From Phoronis australis (taxonomy: Eukaryota; Animalia; Phoronida), in assembly GCA_002633005.1 (NCBI GenBank), contig NMRA01000577.1, positions 62,001 to 126,000 on the forward strand: 64,000 bases of DNA. Direction: 5' to 3'. Made by a program: the position numbers and the translations under genes. This document shows positions 24,441 to 39,600 of this stretch, in pieces (position 1 is the first letter of the stretch; each line of letters starts with the position of its first letter). The notes beneath the pieces were generated by a model. That model had not been told where the DNA came from. It did no database searches and saw only the letters and a program-made list of their open reading frames with translations.

Positions 24441-25514
24441 GTCATAAATTTAATCGGGCTTTCTAACTAACCCAATGTTTTAAAAGTGTTTATCTGCTCA
24501 AAAGTTAATTTCTAAATTTTCTACCATAGAGCATTTTCTCTAGAATATTCGTATTTGTCATGTCTTTTTCTTGTACAGATCGCATGAAACTGATGTGATT
24601 TTTAGGTGTGCAGTTACATATTCAAAGACATAATATGTTATGGGTATTATGCCCATATTTTGAACTCTTACCTCATTTCACACACCCAGACTACGGCATC
24701 GGAGACTAAAATAACTTCACAATTGAACCACCACAATGACACTGCAAGGCACTCAAGGCGTACTAAATATAAACATTATGAAGGGTGCGAAATACAATCA
24801 ATGTTCTGATAAATACTGCACACAACGAGATATGAGGGTGTTGCAAATTATAAAAGTCATACATAAATAAAAACAACTGACAAACGACGCGTCTGTTGTA
24901 ACAACCGTAAAGTTCCAAGTTGGTGCATATCTGAGAACATGCGTGATTCCAGTTCCATCACTGCTGAGATATATTTGTAGCCAACCAAAGAGTGGACAAG
25001 ATGTCTATTTTTCTGAAATGTACCCCAAGATTTTTTAAGACATATTTTGAATGAAACGAACAGGATAATAGAGACAATTGTCAAGATGTCACTGACAATC
25101 CAATGAGCATCCAAGTTGATGGGGTCACCTAAACAGTTCAATTCATTCTAAATTATGGTTTACACGGGAAATTCATTGCAGAACCTTGTACTTATACATA
25201 CACAATAACGTTGTATAAAAACTCAGAAATATTCACCTAGTCTCAGCTTTCACTGGTGTACAGTTATTGGCTTGCTTATTATGGTGGTGGTTTTAATTGT
25301 GAACCTAGACTATTGCAGAATTAACTTTGAATGTGTTACAATGTTTCAAAGACACAGCCTCATGTTTGCAATGGGTGCCCTCACCCTCGCACATGTCCTC
25401 GTTTGGTTTCACGTCGATACCAAGGGCTGCGAGTAATCTCTTAATGCTCTCATCACTGAACTTTTTTTCCAAAAATGTCAATAGGATTGTAATTTGTGAC
25501 TCGTTTGATTTCAG

Positions 25515-26255
25515 GTGTTTGATGAAGCAGACTTCTCCTCAGTGAACAAGGTTAATATTGAATACTTCACATCATATGTCATAGACCCTGTCCACATGGG
25601 TTCCTTCAACTTAAACACTGGAGCTCTCATAGGAATCCCTAAGTACTTTGCCTATAAGGAGTTGTCCGACGTTGAGCGTGAAAAACTGGCCGTTCGCACT
25701 CAGCCGATTGATTGGAATTCAGATAAGGGGCACGATTTGGAGCAGTCAATGGTTCTGAGCGAAAAAGCCAAGAAATTCGCCATCGCTCGTGAACTGTTTC
25801 ATGTCAAATCGAATTATGTTTTCATGGATGCTTTTATAACCACTGGTTCGCTTTTCTTGGCATATTTCTGTAGTGTTACAACCACAAACGTGTTGAAAAT
25901 GCGCTCGAGGGTGACACCAAGTTTGAAATTCACCATCTATACATTTTATTTCTCTGTTATGGGAGTATTGTACTTACTATTAAAAGACTCGTACAACAAT
26001 TACCTCGACATCACGTGCGACAAAAATGCTGCCGCTGTTGGCAGGGACTATCTGGAGGGTGGAGTTGAGTTTTATGAGAAAATTTTATTGCGAAACGCAT
26101 CCTTGAGAGAATTGCTACCAAATGAGGAGGGAAAGAGTTCATACACCAGCTTTGGAAACAAGAATGAATTAATTAGGAACACTCACTTCCCTATCACTGG
26201 TCGCCATGACAAGTTGAAGAAAATGCTTGAAGACTCAGCTGCAGAGCCGGAATGA
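25515..26255 (+). CDS. TMEM177: TMEM177 coding exon 2; transmembrane protein 177 (mitochondrial inner membrane, COX2 biogenesis)
   Basis: TTTCAG acceptor; motifs GALIGIP, AKKFAIAREL, GGVEFYEKILLRNASLRELL and HFPITGR match TMEM177 as recalled; two hydrophobic segments. Confidence 0.93.
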   Translation: MFDEADFSSVNKVNIEYFTSYVIDPVHMGSFNLNTGALIGIPKYFAYKELSDVEREKLAVRTQPIDWNSDKGHDLEQSMVLSEKAKKFAIARELFHVKSNYVFMDAFITTGSLFLAYFCSVTTTNVLKMRSRVTPSLKFTIYTFYFSVMGVLYLLLKDSYNNYLDITCDKNAAAVGRDYLEGGVEFYEKILLRNASLRELLPNEEGKSSYTSFGNKNELIRNTHFPITGRHDKLKKMLEDSAAEPE

Positions 26256-29200
26256 TTGGTCGTTAGAATCATAGGCAATGGTTTTAGTTAACGAAGCTTA
26301 ATTGCTTTTTAATATTATTATGTGTTTGAATCTGCAAAATACATCTTTTTCTTTCTACGTCTGGTTTTTGTATTAGTATGTTAGAAATAATTTGTTTGTA
26401 TTTGCTTTCTACTGTCTGAGAAAATTTTTAACAGGTACTTGTAAAATTTAAAGCGGCCATAACCTTGCTGGCCATCAAAAATAGCTTTTGATTTTGATCA
26501 CTTGCTGTTCTAAATCTGGTCTCAAATTCCTTATTCAAATGAGAAGTGGCTTTTGAGGCTACAAAGGGTGTGACAGTCTGTTATCATTTTAAGGCATGTT
26601 ACCTGGTCAAGCCATTGTGGTGAGTCTGGTGGCAAGGAATGCCAAACTGACAGTTCCTCATACTTCTGATTTGGGTAAGGTATAACTTAGAGACTATCTT
26701 CATTATTGTCTGTGGTCTAAATCAAAACATATCATAGTACCTGTGTAGTTGGTCCAGTCTACACTCATAGTGTTGGCTAGTGACAGGCAACCTATTGCAT
26801 AGATTCATTGCGGCTTTAATTACTCTTAAATGTCCGAGTGTCATATTCAAACACATTCTTAGAACTGTATCTAATTTTTCTAACCAACACCATATTCTGA
26901 CCATAAAGTCCACCATAATTAGGACACAGTTCCTAGATCGTAATAACCACTATCAGTGTTGACAAAATAAATTGCCTCACAAAGCCCGGAAAATAGTTTG
27001 CATTTTTACAGAACGCCCGGGACAGGACGAAGTGCTGAAATAGGTTTCCTGCTTCCAATATAACGCAACTACCCCACATTCTTAAATAGGCAACTTGATG
27101 AATGCTTCTAAAGATTGAAGTGAAATTTGAACGGGGGAGCGCGTCATGAATTTTTCAATAATGTAACTGATATTTGAGTGCGGTTTTCACCATTTGCAAT
27201 AATATACGGCAGGCTAAAATCGTAACTGCATGGCCCTTGTATGGACCCCACTTGTTTTTAAACCAGTTGCTCACCACAGCTGACATCGGCCGGTAACGCT
27301 GGAAATGGAATTCTATCCGTTTAAGCTGACATCAGGGGACTTTCGTTTTGAATTTAACGGTATTCCATACGCGCACTCTAAAATGTAGGGGGCGGGGGGG
27401 GCTCGAATTTTGCGTTATATGGACCTTTTCTTGAAAAAAGAAATCGAGGACTAAAAAATGGGGGGTACTAGGTTCAGACCTACGAATNGCTCGCATGTAT
27501 TCAACTGAAAAATGTGGCAGCGTGGCATCAATTATCAAAAAATGAAGGGAAAACCAATTATTTATAAAATTGTTACGCAACATGCCAAACTTTATACAGT
27601 CCTGTAGAGCGCGTGCATGATTTTCGCTTTTGACGTTCGTTATTGGTGCCATAGTTGAATGTTTTGCACAAAACGCAAATCCCACAATTCTCCTCTAATC
27701 CCTTGGTGATGCTTGCCACAGTAGCTGTAACCCATGTACGTAGCTGGTACCTCGTTGCAATGCAGGCCGATTTGTACTGTGATGCACGCACAACTGAAAC
27801 ATCCGAGCGTTTGCCGGTTTATCGCGAAGCAAGTTGGCCGTTAAAGAAAATCTATTCCAATGAAACAGAAACATTTCATCCATTTGAAAAATATGATCCT
27901 AATTGGTTCTTTTTTGTAGCAGGCCATTAAAATTGGTGAAATGTACACGCGCACCAGTTTAGATCACTTGAGTAAGCTGACATTTGTGTACATAAAAGCT
28001 TCCGGATGGACGCGTTGTTTCGTGTCATGTGTTTATGTGAGTTGTGTGATTTGGATGTTTCTAAACGCCCCCAAGTTCCGGCCGTTCTTTGTCATGATTC
28101 TTGGCTTAATAAAAAACAAATGCATGCTCTCACTCAGGGGGGAGGGGCGTGGTCATAATACACAAAACGTGAATTTCGCTTTTAAATAGTATTTTGTCTT
28201 AAAATCGTTTTCTCACTCTGATGGGGATAATTCGCTAAGTTGTATATCAAGATGCCAGGAATTTTCTTCTGAACAGATGTACTAGGGCATCGCGGGCTTC
28301 AATCGTAGTGTGTGAATTGTAAGTCATTTCTTTACTCACATGTACTGTTGTGAATTAGAAGCAACAATTAGAAGGTACAGTTTCTCTGAGCAATTCACAA
28401 ATCTGTCGATGGGTGTAGACTCAACCATCTGTCAAAAAACAAGTTTTTGATGTTGACCACTTGTGAAATTGCTTTTGTCTTGTTCCTTACCCAGTTTAGA
28501 AGTGATCTCGGGGCCTCGCAAGAGCCGACACTTCGCACCAAGCCCAGGCTCACTTAACATTTCAGGCCACGTGGTGAACTCGGTCATTGGTTCTTTCCAA
28601 TTAGCCCTGAAATCAATTTGTAAGGAATCGAGACCAATTTTATAACAGCAAGTGGCCTAAATAAAAAATTGTTTTTGTACTGAAAGGACGGAGTCAATGC
28701 AGTTATTACCTATGTGAAAGCTACCTGACTACATGTCAAAAAATTTGATGGTATTAGTCCGCTGGTAGAAACCCTAAAAATGTAAAAATTTGGCTAATAT
28801 TCGGGAAACTATCGTTCTCCAAATAAAGCGTTCCCCAGAGTTAGGGTTTGTTTCTACGAAATTGTTCAGTCGTGTCACTTAAATCCCATGAAAAATCTTA
28901 TAGTTACGAAAAAAATTAGACCCGAAAAGATAATTTACGGAACCGTGTCATGATGGCTTCGGATTTTTTCTCTGCGAATATTCAATTCAACTCTCAAAAG
29001 AATTTACCATGGTACATGTATGCGTGTAGGTACGGACATCTGTGAAGTTGTACCCTGCCGCAATTGGCGCAGACCAGCGCCCCCCATATGCGAAATGCGA
29101 GCAAAAACCCGGCGCAACGACCAACTTAACTAGAATTATTGTGTACTGAGGTGGAATTTGACTAATTCAGTTACAACTTGATTGTGTTGACGTACATGCA

Positions 29201-30454
29201 GTCCATGCAATCAAGATAATTATCAATGTGAACGCCTGGACAAAATGATGCAGACAATTAATGCGCCAAATAGGAAGCACGCGCATAACCACCATAGCCT
29301 ATAAAAGAAGCATTGGCCCATGCAAACTGTGAACACCCACGGAACCTCATAGAGCAAAAGTAACAAAAAGTCCCAGTATTTGGTAGTCGCTACAGCAAAA
29401 GGCGTTTCGTCAGTGAAGCGGCCAGAATTTTCAGAAGCCCATTACTTGTAGTTTCTCCTTATCAGATCTAGCATACCCGGCGTATGGAGATTTCAGAGAG
29501 CTACAAAATCACGAGACAGGTACAAATACTAATATGCCCTGTGTAGATAAATTTTCAAAACCGCTGGTGCTATGTGTAACATCATACTTTTGCGTATATT
29601 TTGTAAATTAATTTGATTCATCATTTCTTTGATTTCTTTTTCTATTTTATGGTCCGAAAGTCCCAGGTGTATATTTGTACGTTTTGTAAAATCATGTACA
29701 CTATGTCATAATGTGTTTTTTTTGTATAATTAAAATTTGTGTTACTTTTGTTTCTTTTATTCATTTGTTACTTACATTTCATTCCTTTTATTGTCTGTGG
29801 TCGATGGAAAAGCCTCGGCCAGTCAGTGTTTTCATTTCATTGTGTACGACCTTGATAAAGATTTCTCTAACCTATTCCGTTCCAATCTATACACAAGTTC
29901 AAAAGAGTCCACTCGTGATACAACCATTGTCAGACAGTATTTGAATGAATTAGACAGTTTTTGCTAACTGAATTCTTGACATGAGCTCTGATCATGCATG
30001 ACGAAAATAATAAACAAAAAGCGTTATCCCTACGAAAATTGCCTTCTCATGCTATATAAGTCTGACCTGACTCTGCCTCCTTCATAGACCCTCTAGAGTG
30101 GTTACCTCACGCAATATCAGTACTGTGAGCAAAGTTGGAACACTGACGTGCTTTTTCGATGGGTTCAGCCGGATAATTTTACTATTCATGAGGGCACCGT
30201 TCACATGGACGTGTGCGCGCGCCCTCATTTGGCAAAAGAAAATATTGTATTTCCTGATTCCATCTTTTATATATAGCCGCACGAATTCACCACCAGTGTC
30301 TGGCTGATTCATTTTACAGTCGAGTATAAGTCAGAATTTCTTACTTCGTCCTCACGACTTTTTAGTCGCAAACTTCGCTGGATCTATGTTTCTTAACAGG
30401 TGATACGGAATCCCTGTTTATGGTGGACAGCAAGGATACCAAACATACCGAAGA

Positions 30455-30616
30455 ATGTCTCGATTTTTCCGGTTTTTAAGTCGACGTCGAACTGGTCGAA
30501 CAAAAAAACTCGATGGACAAACAGCGAAGTTAACGCCGACTTCTAAACCGAAGAAGGGACACTGTATTTGTACTGTTCTACTTTTAGATGGTTCTGAATT
30601 ACCCCTTGAAGTTTTG
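30455..30616 (+). CDS. EPB41L5: EPB41L5-like coding exon 1 ([11 protein letters not shown]...[16 protein letters not shown])
   Basis: Acceptor TAACAG at 30399, ATG at 30455, donor GTGAGT; 162 nt. Confidence 0.92.
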
Positions 30617-33600
30617 GTGAGTGTGAGCGACGTGATATTTTCTCTAAATTTTGTTCTGTTGTGTGCATATATCACCGATGGAATACTCCCATGTCATGTG
30701 AAGTGGAAAGTCTTCAACCTGTTAGGCCTGGTAGTTGGTCATTGACTTTTGACTGTCATTCTGACAGGCAGCATAATTCAGTGTTATCCAGGTATAACTG
30801 CGTATGCTGTGTTGTAGTCTTGATTTTGTAGATTTTAATTACGCCCCACCTCGCCTTGCCTTGGCATTATTTTTGCAGTCCAGGTAAAGTCCGTTTTCTT
30901 CAACATTGCCTTGTTGACTTTTGTTCAGTCCAAGTAAACAATCTTGACCCAAAACTCAGGTGTTGAATTCCTAGTCAGATTATACTCAACCAATTGACTG
31001 CATGCTCTGATAAGGTTGAATAATTTCTAGAATAGTTGTTGAAATGCTTTCTCAAAAAAAGTTGTTTTAGGCTAGGTATATGATGAAAATTGTGTTTATT
31101 ATTTTAGGCTGTCATGTCTGAATGTCAGACATCTACAGTACTTAATCATCATTCTTTTCGGAATAAGTGATATCCAATACTAGTTTTCCCCGGGTCTATT
31201 AAACCTTGACGTAAGGAAAGGTTTGGTGGATGAAGTGAGTTACAGAGCTGGTGTCTTGTTTGTTCTTAGACAAATGCACATGGCTCCAGCTGAGTCCAGC
31301 TGTATCACTGTGACACAGCAATATTGTTTGTCAGCAAATTGTTTATCCTGGTTTAATGATGAAAGTCACGTTGCTGTCAGTACCTTTTGTGTTGTGGATG
31401 ACCACAAGGGCACAATCCCTCGATTTTGGGGCCGGACATCGGTCACATTTCCCTCTGAAAATATTGAAACATCACGTGAAATTACCCTCATGATGTCTAA
31501 AAAATTCCCCTCGAGGTTCAAATCACTTGTAACTCACACAGGTGGCAATTTGAAAGAGCACAAAATGTTAGTTTTGGCTACTTAAGGCAGAGCTTATGAG
31601 GGCTTGAAACAGGTGCTGTTGATGGTGATCGGGAGGTATAATTTTTCCCTCACCCCGAAATATTCCCCTATCATAAGGCACAAGCACCTTTCCCTTTGGT
31701 TGAACGAGGGCCCTGGATTTTGAAAGCCCCCCCCCCCGAGACAGTGTACATACCAGGTACCCCAAACCACACCCTATTAAAGTGTACCCCTTCAAGCCGT
31801 AAACCTAATCAGTGACATCGCAATATGACATGTGGAGCAACTTTCTTCAGTCAGAGGCAGAAGCAAAAGTTTGCTGGCGTTGAAATGTTGAATGCAGTTG
31901 ATGCATCTGGTCAAGAAAGCACAGCACTAACAAATAACGTGAGAAACTGCAGTGGCTCAACAATGAGGCAAGAGAACTGATTGACAAATGTTGTAGCACT
32001 GTGTGAATAACGCAAGTGCGTCGCTATATAATCTTTTTGACTTTTTGAAAGATAAAATACCCAAGATTCTGGTGACTGTCCCCTCCCCCAATCTCCTCAG
32101 GGATGACGGACGTTGAGGTACACGTGCACATACCCTGGAATTGCAATTTATTTTCGACTGTTTTGAACCCTTACTAGCTAATTGTATGCTGGCTATTCTC
32201 TGTGTTGTCCTCAGTGATATACAGCACTTGACACAGGTGAAAAGGTCCTCTCGAAAATACAAGTCAGTGACCGCATATTTACACTCATATTTCCGGATTT
32301 AGGCTCGTAAAAAGTAGTGACTTCATTTAGCGCTTGTACGAGTATTTTTAGTTTTTCACTTCATGGGTGTTAGGTCGCCGCCAGTGCCAGTGGTATGGTC
32401 GCCAAGTACATCGTCTTGTTAGCATCTTCTGTACCAGGTCTAAAGTATACCATAGCCTCTCATACTATGCAACAAATATTTTTTCAAAAGAACCATTCTC
32501 TTCTCTCAGGTTTAAGAGTCAAATTTGCATTTCACCTTGTTCACCTAGCTAAAATACAGGTGAATTGAGTAATTTACACTCATAAAATTGCTCCTGTAAT
32601 ATTCTTTTCCGCCATAGGATTCTATTTTTGTTACCAACGAGAATATCGATGCTGTCATCATTAACTTAATAATTGTGAATTCGAAAATTGAGCGCAAGAA
32701 CACACTGGCGGTGACTCTTTGATAATGGAAATTAAATTCTGTCATGGTAAGGAATATTACGAGATGATGTGTGTGAAAGGGATTATTGGATTTTTGTTTT
32801 TAGCTAGTTAAACAGCACGGAATGAAGCTCTGAACAAAAACTTGCAATTTCCAAACCACCAAGAATTGTTTGGACACTGTGACCCTATTTCTGTAAATGG
32901 TCAGTTGAATTTGTCATTAAGCTCTTGGGGACTTGTACTTATTTTGGGTACATGAGTCCTGAGACGCATGGTCCAGTTTTGACAAGTTTTATGAATGCCA
33001 CAAGTCAACAGTGCACCATGTGATTTACTCATTGTGCTCAGAGTAATACCACAGTTCACATAATTATTAATAAATAGATAACATACTTCCCAGTAATCAT
33101 TACTCGTATTTTTTTTTTCAGAAAAAAGCAGAAGGACACGTGTTATATGAAAAAGTATTTTACCACTTAGACTTGATTGAAAAAGATTATTTTGGTCTCC
33201 AGTTTGTCGATGCTTACAATGTTTCGGTAAGTATGATAGAGTACTGATGAGTTTTTACCAAAATTTCTCTCATGAGTGAATGATTCATAATAGAAAATCT
33301 TTTCCGTCATTGACTTGATTGTGAAGCTCCGTTTACAATGTTGTCAGGTTATTAAGTGGCAACAAACGGTGTTATGCGCAAGAAATTATCTTTTGATTTA
33401 GACCACTTGCTGCTATGAAACTGGTCTTGACTTACTCCCTCTCACGCTGATGAGAAGTGGTTTTTGTGTTTGCGAGGAAATGCCAGTTCATTGATTGTTG
33501 ATACCATGATTGACGCATTAAATGATGCGCTGTTTCAAGTCAACTCGTTGAATTTGGTCTTGAGCAATAACAAACCATCAAACTTAGAAATCACCAAAGT

Positions 33601-36600
33601 TGACTTTATAGGCTAAAGAATAATTTGAGACAAATTCCGTAACAAAGGGATAAATTAATTAGAGTTTTGTAATTTATGGAAGGTGAGTTTATTCCACTCA
33701 AAGATTGTGGGAGTCATTAGCTTATTAGCCAGTCTTAAAGCAGCTATGAACCGACCATCTGTCAAAGAAACAGGCTTGTTTCACATGACTTATTGATCTC
33801 AGCTTGTTCTTGACTCGGATGACATGTGATTTCTGACTCTTATTACCTGATTCCCACCTTGTCGCATATTGAAATGACATGAGCTAGGCAACAAGTCAAC
33901 ATTGATGCTGGTTTCATGCAAAAATGAACTAGCAACCCTTCCCATGTTCAGAAATGGTCTCTAATCTTAGTAAGGAACAAGTTGCCAGATCAGTGGTCTG
34001 TTTCATGTAAAGTAACTTAAGACTTGATTCAGAAATTGGATGTTGCGTTCCACACAACTATTTTAAAAAAAAAATTAAATCTCACTCGAGCAAAAATGCA
34101 AAGTCTCTGAAAATGTAACCATAACTGCTAGTTACTGAGAAAATTTCTAGAAAGTATTTCTAGACTGATGCACTCATAGTTACCTGGCTAAACATTTTTC
34201 ATCAATTGTTAAGTGGCAGTGTACGACAAAAATGTACGACAAAATTTTTGTCTAGTCTTAAGACACTTTCATGAAATGGACCTTATTTTCATGAAAGTTA
34301 GTTGTCTAAATTAAAGGTTCAATTTTTCAATGGAAGATGAGTTTATAGCGTTTTAATTCAGATGCGATGAGTCTGTGTACAGTATGTGTCACTTATGGCC
34401 CAATACTGATAAGATATGACTTGACATGTGAACAATTAAAGATGGTGGCAGAGCTAACAAAGGATGTGATGTCATCAGCGCGTAGTTAATAATGTTACAT
34501 TGTTATGAAGCTTCATTGATTTCTGTTTGTAAAACGTTAATTTGTTACAATGTTTAGACGGATATATTTAGTCACTCGCACAGTTCGTAAATGATCCGAC
34601 TGAAATGGAGCTAGGCGAGTAGAAGTTTATTGGCTGGTCACCCAGAGTGGTCAACCATGCTGCGTTGTTGTACTTAAATTTACTTTTTATGAACACAGCC
34701 CTGGAAACCTCATTATTCATTCCCTTGCATACATTCACTTGTAAGACCGAGCTCAGGAGGGTAGGAGACACCTTTGTGCAATGCTCGATTGTCAGCCAGT
34801 AAAGCCAGGATTCGAATTTCGGTCTCCCAATCGGGAGTCCCCAACTGGTACCACTGAGCCACACTGCCTCCTCATGTTCTTGTCCTGTGTCGTGTTCAGA
34901 TGAATAACTTGTCCTCTCACTGTATAAGGGGTGTTTTACGTGCACATCAGCTTCGTTTGCTAACACACGGAGCACTTTATTCTGAAGCATTACACAAAAT
35001 AATTTAATTTCAATTCTTTTCGAAATGTGCTAACAGAGTTTTCACGTGCACTTGTCGTTGCATCTTAATAAGTTACCAGGGTTCTCAGCAGTCGTGCTGT
35101 ATGAAGTGGTGCTTACTAAGATGATAGTCATGGACATTCATTATTTGTAGCAAGCTTATTTTCAAAAGAATTTGGCATTTGACACAGTTTTGAGATCTCA
35201 GTTTTTGGCAGATGTGGTGTGGTCAGGTGAAAGTGTTCAAATGATCTACTTTTGCCCTATATATGGCTTGTGCAAAGATGCTTTACAATTATGTTATCTT
35301 TGATGTAGATCAACATGCTGTGATAGAGAACAATACCGATGTTATGATGGGTTAACAATGCTTTGATCCAATAATTAAGAAACTATCAACGTTGTGCAAA
35401 TACTTATTGCACCGCAAATACATTTGTCTGGTGCTTGGAAACGGAAGTATTTTTTAAAATAAAATGTATCAGTGCAGCATGTTTTCAACTATTTTCATAC
35501 ACCATGTCTGGCGTCAGTCACAAACCACGTCTCTCAAACTGGATCAAGCAGTTGTTGTATCGTACACCATGCCCACCCTCAGTCATAGCATAGATCCAGA
35601 GACCTCAAAAACTTGAGAATTTAGGTCAGTGTCTGATGCAAAGATGACTATTGGAATAGATCGTCTGCGTTAGAAGGGATCTCAGCTTGCGAAAAGCTCA
35701 TTTTCTTGGTCGGATTGGAATTCTCAAGACTGGTTTAATAGCTAACGACATCTGCCCAATAATCAAGTCTGTCCGCTGTACTAATGTGAAATGGGACTGT
35801 TTAGTGCCAAAAAATCGAAAAGTCGTACTATTTGACAGTGTTTAAACAATTGGACTACCTAACTTTGGGCTAGGTGACTTGAATTCCTGTCTCAGTTGCC
35901 CACCTGCTTTGAAGCCATGGTATATCCTTGAGTTTAGCACTCAATGAAGCGTGGATGCTTTTGTACATTGCATTGGCCTGAAGTTAAACTGAGCTCTCAA
36001 AGGATTGGTAGCGTGATTATTTTCCAGACTGCAAGGTTCATTTATTGCTGGTAGTTCACATCACTGTCAACCAACTGAAAAATGTCATTACCTACTGGTG
36101 GATAAATCAGTAACTGGCTCGAGAGAGACAGGTGCAGGGTGTTCCCATCTTGAAATAGTCTGGTAGAAAGAAAGCAGCTGTAGAGAGGTTCATTGAGTGG
36201 AAGTGTTGTCACTCCTTCCTTTGCATATCTGTGTAAGGGTTATATAGACATCCATGACGTTTTGTGTAATTAAAGCATTACATAACTCTTCTAATTATCC
36301 CCAATTGTTGTAAGCTGTGGTGTCAACCAGATATGATTCTTTATCGGGATGCAATCATTAGGATTGGTTGTGAAAGTCTGTTTTACTGTTTCTACGCTAT
36401 TTGATCGAGTTGGTACGTCGTTGGAATTGATGGGTAAACAAAATTTCCACTCTGCTAACCAATTCAGGCCACCACTTCTGTACACAGTCCCAACCAGTCC
36501 AGGACATGACTACGGTAAAAATTCTCCACCTCCGGACATTGAAAAATTCATTATTTTGCTTGAGGTCAGAGCTTGTACCAAATTTTAGAAATAGGCAGTA

Positions 36601-39600
36601 TTGATTGTCCCAGTTTCATCTCAGTGTTGCATACTATTACGGTACCTAGCTGCGTTGGCAGCTAGTTTTGATAATTTCATGAACTGCCAAGTTTATTTGC
36701 AGACTCAGTTGATACTAACGCTGTGACTGGAATTTGACAAATACAATGAACGTCAAAATCGAACGTTTCCCAAATTATAGAATCAAAAAATCCAATTTCT
36801 GCTTGAATTTCTGTGTCCCAAATTTTAGAGACTATACCAAACTGGAGAGTTTTTACCGTACTACCTATTGTCTCGACCACTTCAGGATGTGACCACGCTC
36901 CCAACCAATTCAAGGCTCTTGAGTTATTTTTTAATTCCCTGCTGTTAATTATCTCCACTTTAACTGCAGTAAGGATTACAGGGTTGGTAGCACTTACAGG
37001 CTCCCCATCACAGTGCTTGACTTTAGATTTGTCATTGGAATATTTGCTGAGCTGTGGTTTCATTCAGGCTCTCTTACTTTACACTTGTTTTTTTCAGCAC
37101 TGGCTCGACCCAACGAAAGCAATCAAGAAACAAGTTAAGAGTAAGTATTTTTTTTACATGATTCATTAGATAGTTGCTCTGTATATATTAAAGAATATTG
37201 CAGGTATCAAAACAGGTTGTTATTATTAAAATACATAGTTCCTCATGTTCAGTTGTGTAGATGATGGGCATACATTGGCTGTACTTGATGGTCTTTGCAT
37301 GGTCAACCGGCTGAGTCATCTGATTGATTCTTCATGACAACTATCAGTTTAAACAAATCGGGTGTCCTGGCCGATTGGCGCTGGCAGAATCTCAGAAGTC
37401 CATCAAGTGCACCCGGTGCAAAGTTGGTCACGTGTGCGCACTACTTTGACGAGCAAGAGATTCAATGCTGTTAGTGTTAACGTACGTCTTCGGTGTATTA
37501 AAGTTGGTGAAAGTTGCCGACATGTTCTACACGTGTCATTATATAAAACCTTTGCCAGGGGAACCTAGAGCAGGAGGTTTCAAGAAGTTGTGGTTCAGTA
37601 ATGCTGGAATAAATATTTCAAAATCTGACAATTTGATTGCTGGAACTGGGGGGAACCACTCGGGTGGGAGCGGTAGGCCCGTGGGGGGGGCGCTGGGTCC
37701 GCCTAGGATCCATGTACGTAGGTTTATATTGCTGTCATGTCATTAGAAAATGTTATGGTCCTTGACTGAACTGAACTAGTGTACTGGTATTTAAACTTTG
37801 CCGTTTTTCTGGTGGTACAACAGTTGTGATCATGTGTCGGCTCCAGGTGTCGTAGAATGTTATGCATTGGTCATTTTGTTTCCAGTTCTTCAATAAACTG
37901 TTCACTATTCACAAGGTTACGTACCATTTTCTACAAATTACCCAAAATTGGTTTCATGTCGTTTTATTTTTTAGTTGATAATTAGCAGTGAACAGCATTT
38001 CTGAGTCAATTTTACTTCAGTGAAGTTGTCGTCGCCAGTCGATACGAGTGTCTTTATCACCAGTACAGGGCAACTGCTTGTTAGGAGTACACTTTCAGGG
38101 TCGACGTTGACTTTTCTTTGCTACAAAAATGGGATAGTCAGCAGTTAGCTGACTGACGAAACTGAACCATGTTACTGACAAAAACATCAAATAAAACAAG
38201 TAACAATGACTTCCAACACTAGTCAAGTGTACCTGTCTGCTCACCAGTGGTAAATATATTGAAAAGACGTCATCTCACGACGTGTTCCTAGACCCCTCCT
38301 ATGTGACAGTATCCAATCAATATTGAGTTGCATGGGCATTAAAAAATGATTGAAATAACGAGTTAAGGAACTGAACTTTGTGCAAGGAACTCCCAAGTAC
38401 CAAGTTAACGTTTTGTTTCTTGTTAATAAAACAATTCTTACTGCTTGCTGAAATTTCTTTGCCAAGCATATTGCTTTGTCATTTGTTTTGTTTGTTTGTT
38501 TATATGCCGTAATTCGTATTTCTTGTCTGTTTAACATGAAATTTACATAAATGTGTCTCATTGATAGAGTTTAAGGTAGTTGTTTTTGGCCGCAAATGGA
38601 AAAAGGTGAAGCTGTTGCGGCCATTTTTCAATGTTTTCAAAAATTTCCATAGAGATTCAAAATTTCGTTTCCCTTTCAATATGAGCTGATCTCGCCAAGT
38701 CACACTCTCCGGAGTACTTTCATTTGAATTGGTATCCTCTTTTAATTGAATTTCGTTTGACTGCCCATTTAGATGGGTGTAGGTGTAACATGTGATGTGT
38801 ACTTTGTGTGGCAGAAGGGAAGCCAAGAAAGATAGCTCTACTCTTAAGATATGGCAACTGGTGGTTCAGATGACCAAATGGCAGTTGGTCTTCTTGGATT
38901 TAGACTAGCATGTAGGAGTTGTTCTTCCTACCTAGACTGATTGATGAGTTTACAACAGCTCACTATTCACCCAATGTCTGCCTTGCATCAGCGGTGTCCC
39001 GTCTTCCAGCTGATGACTCTGTGTTTTTAAACATGATACAACTGTTGAACTAGTGCTATACTTTCACATTGACATGTGTTAAAAGGGTTTATTCCTTTGC
39101 CAGGAAAGTGGAAACCTCAGAGTGTTTCATTTCAAATTATCCAGGCCGGCCTGTTGTTGACGAGGCTGAATTTTCTTTCTGCCCAGTTTTGAGCGAGAGG
39201 TGTAGACTTTTGTCATGTTTGTGATGTTTGAAACTGCATTTGCTTCTGATAAGCTGGCTGAAAACTGAATTGAAACTAGGTCATTTATCACTGAAAAATT
39301 AATCCAGACTTTTTTCTAATCGAACGGCTTGAGGTTACATAGGACCATAGAAAAATGTCCAGTTTGGGCCAAATTTGGAACACCGTATCTCAAAAATGGC
39401 TGATAGGATTGACGTCAAACTTTCAGGTACTATGCTTTATATACTGGTCTACAATTGGGGAATTGTTTTTACAATGTTCCTGTCCATCAGCCTGGGTATC
39501 AGAAACTAGGACTTATGCTTTCTTTTTTAAAGAATTTTCCTAGAAAAGCAAGGTCATGTAACCTAATTAGTGGCAAATTGGTATAAAGTCAAAAATCAAA

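Noticed and set aside
27050-29500. Gene or autonomous transposon between TMEM177 and the EPB41L5-like gene
   Set aside because: CpG-richer and repeat-like, but I found no long ORF, transposase motif or convincing TIR pair
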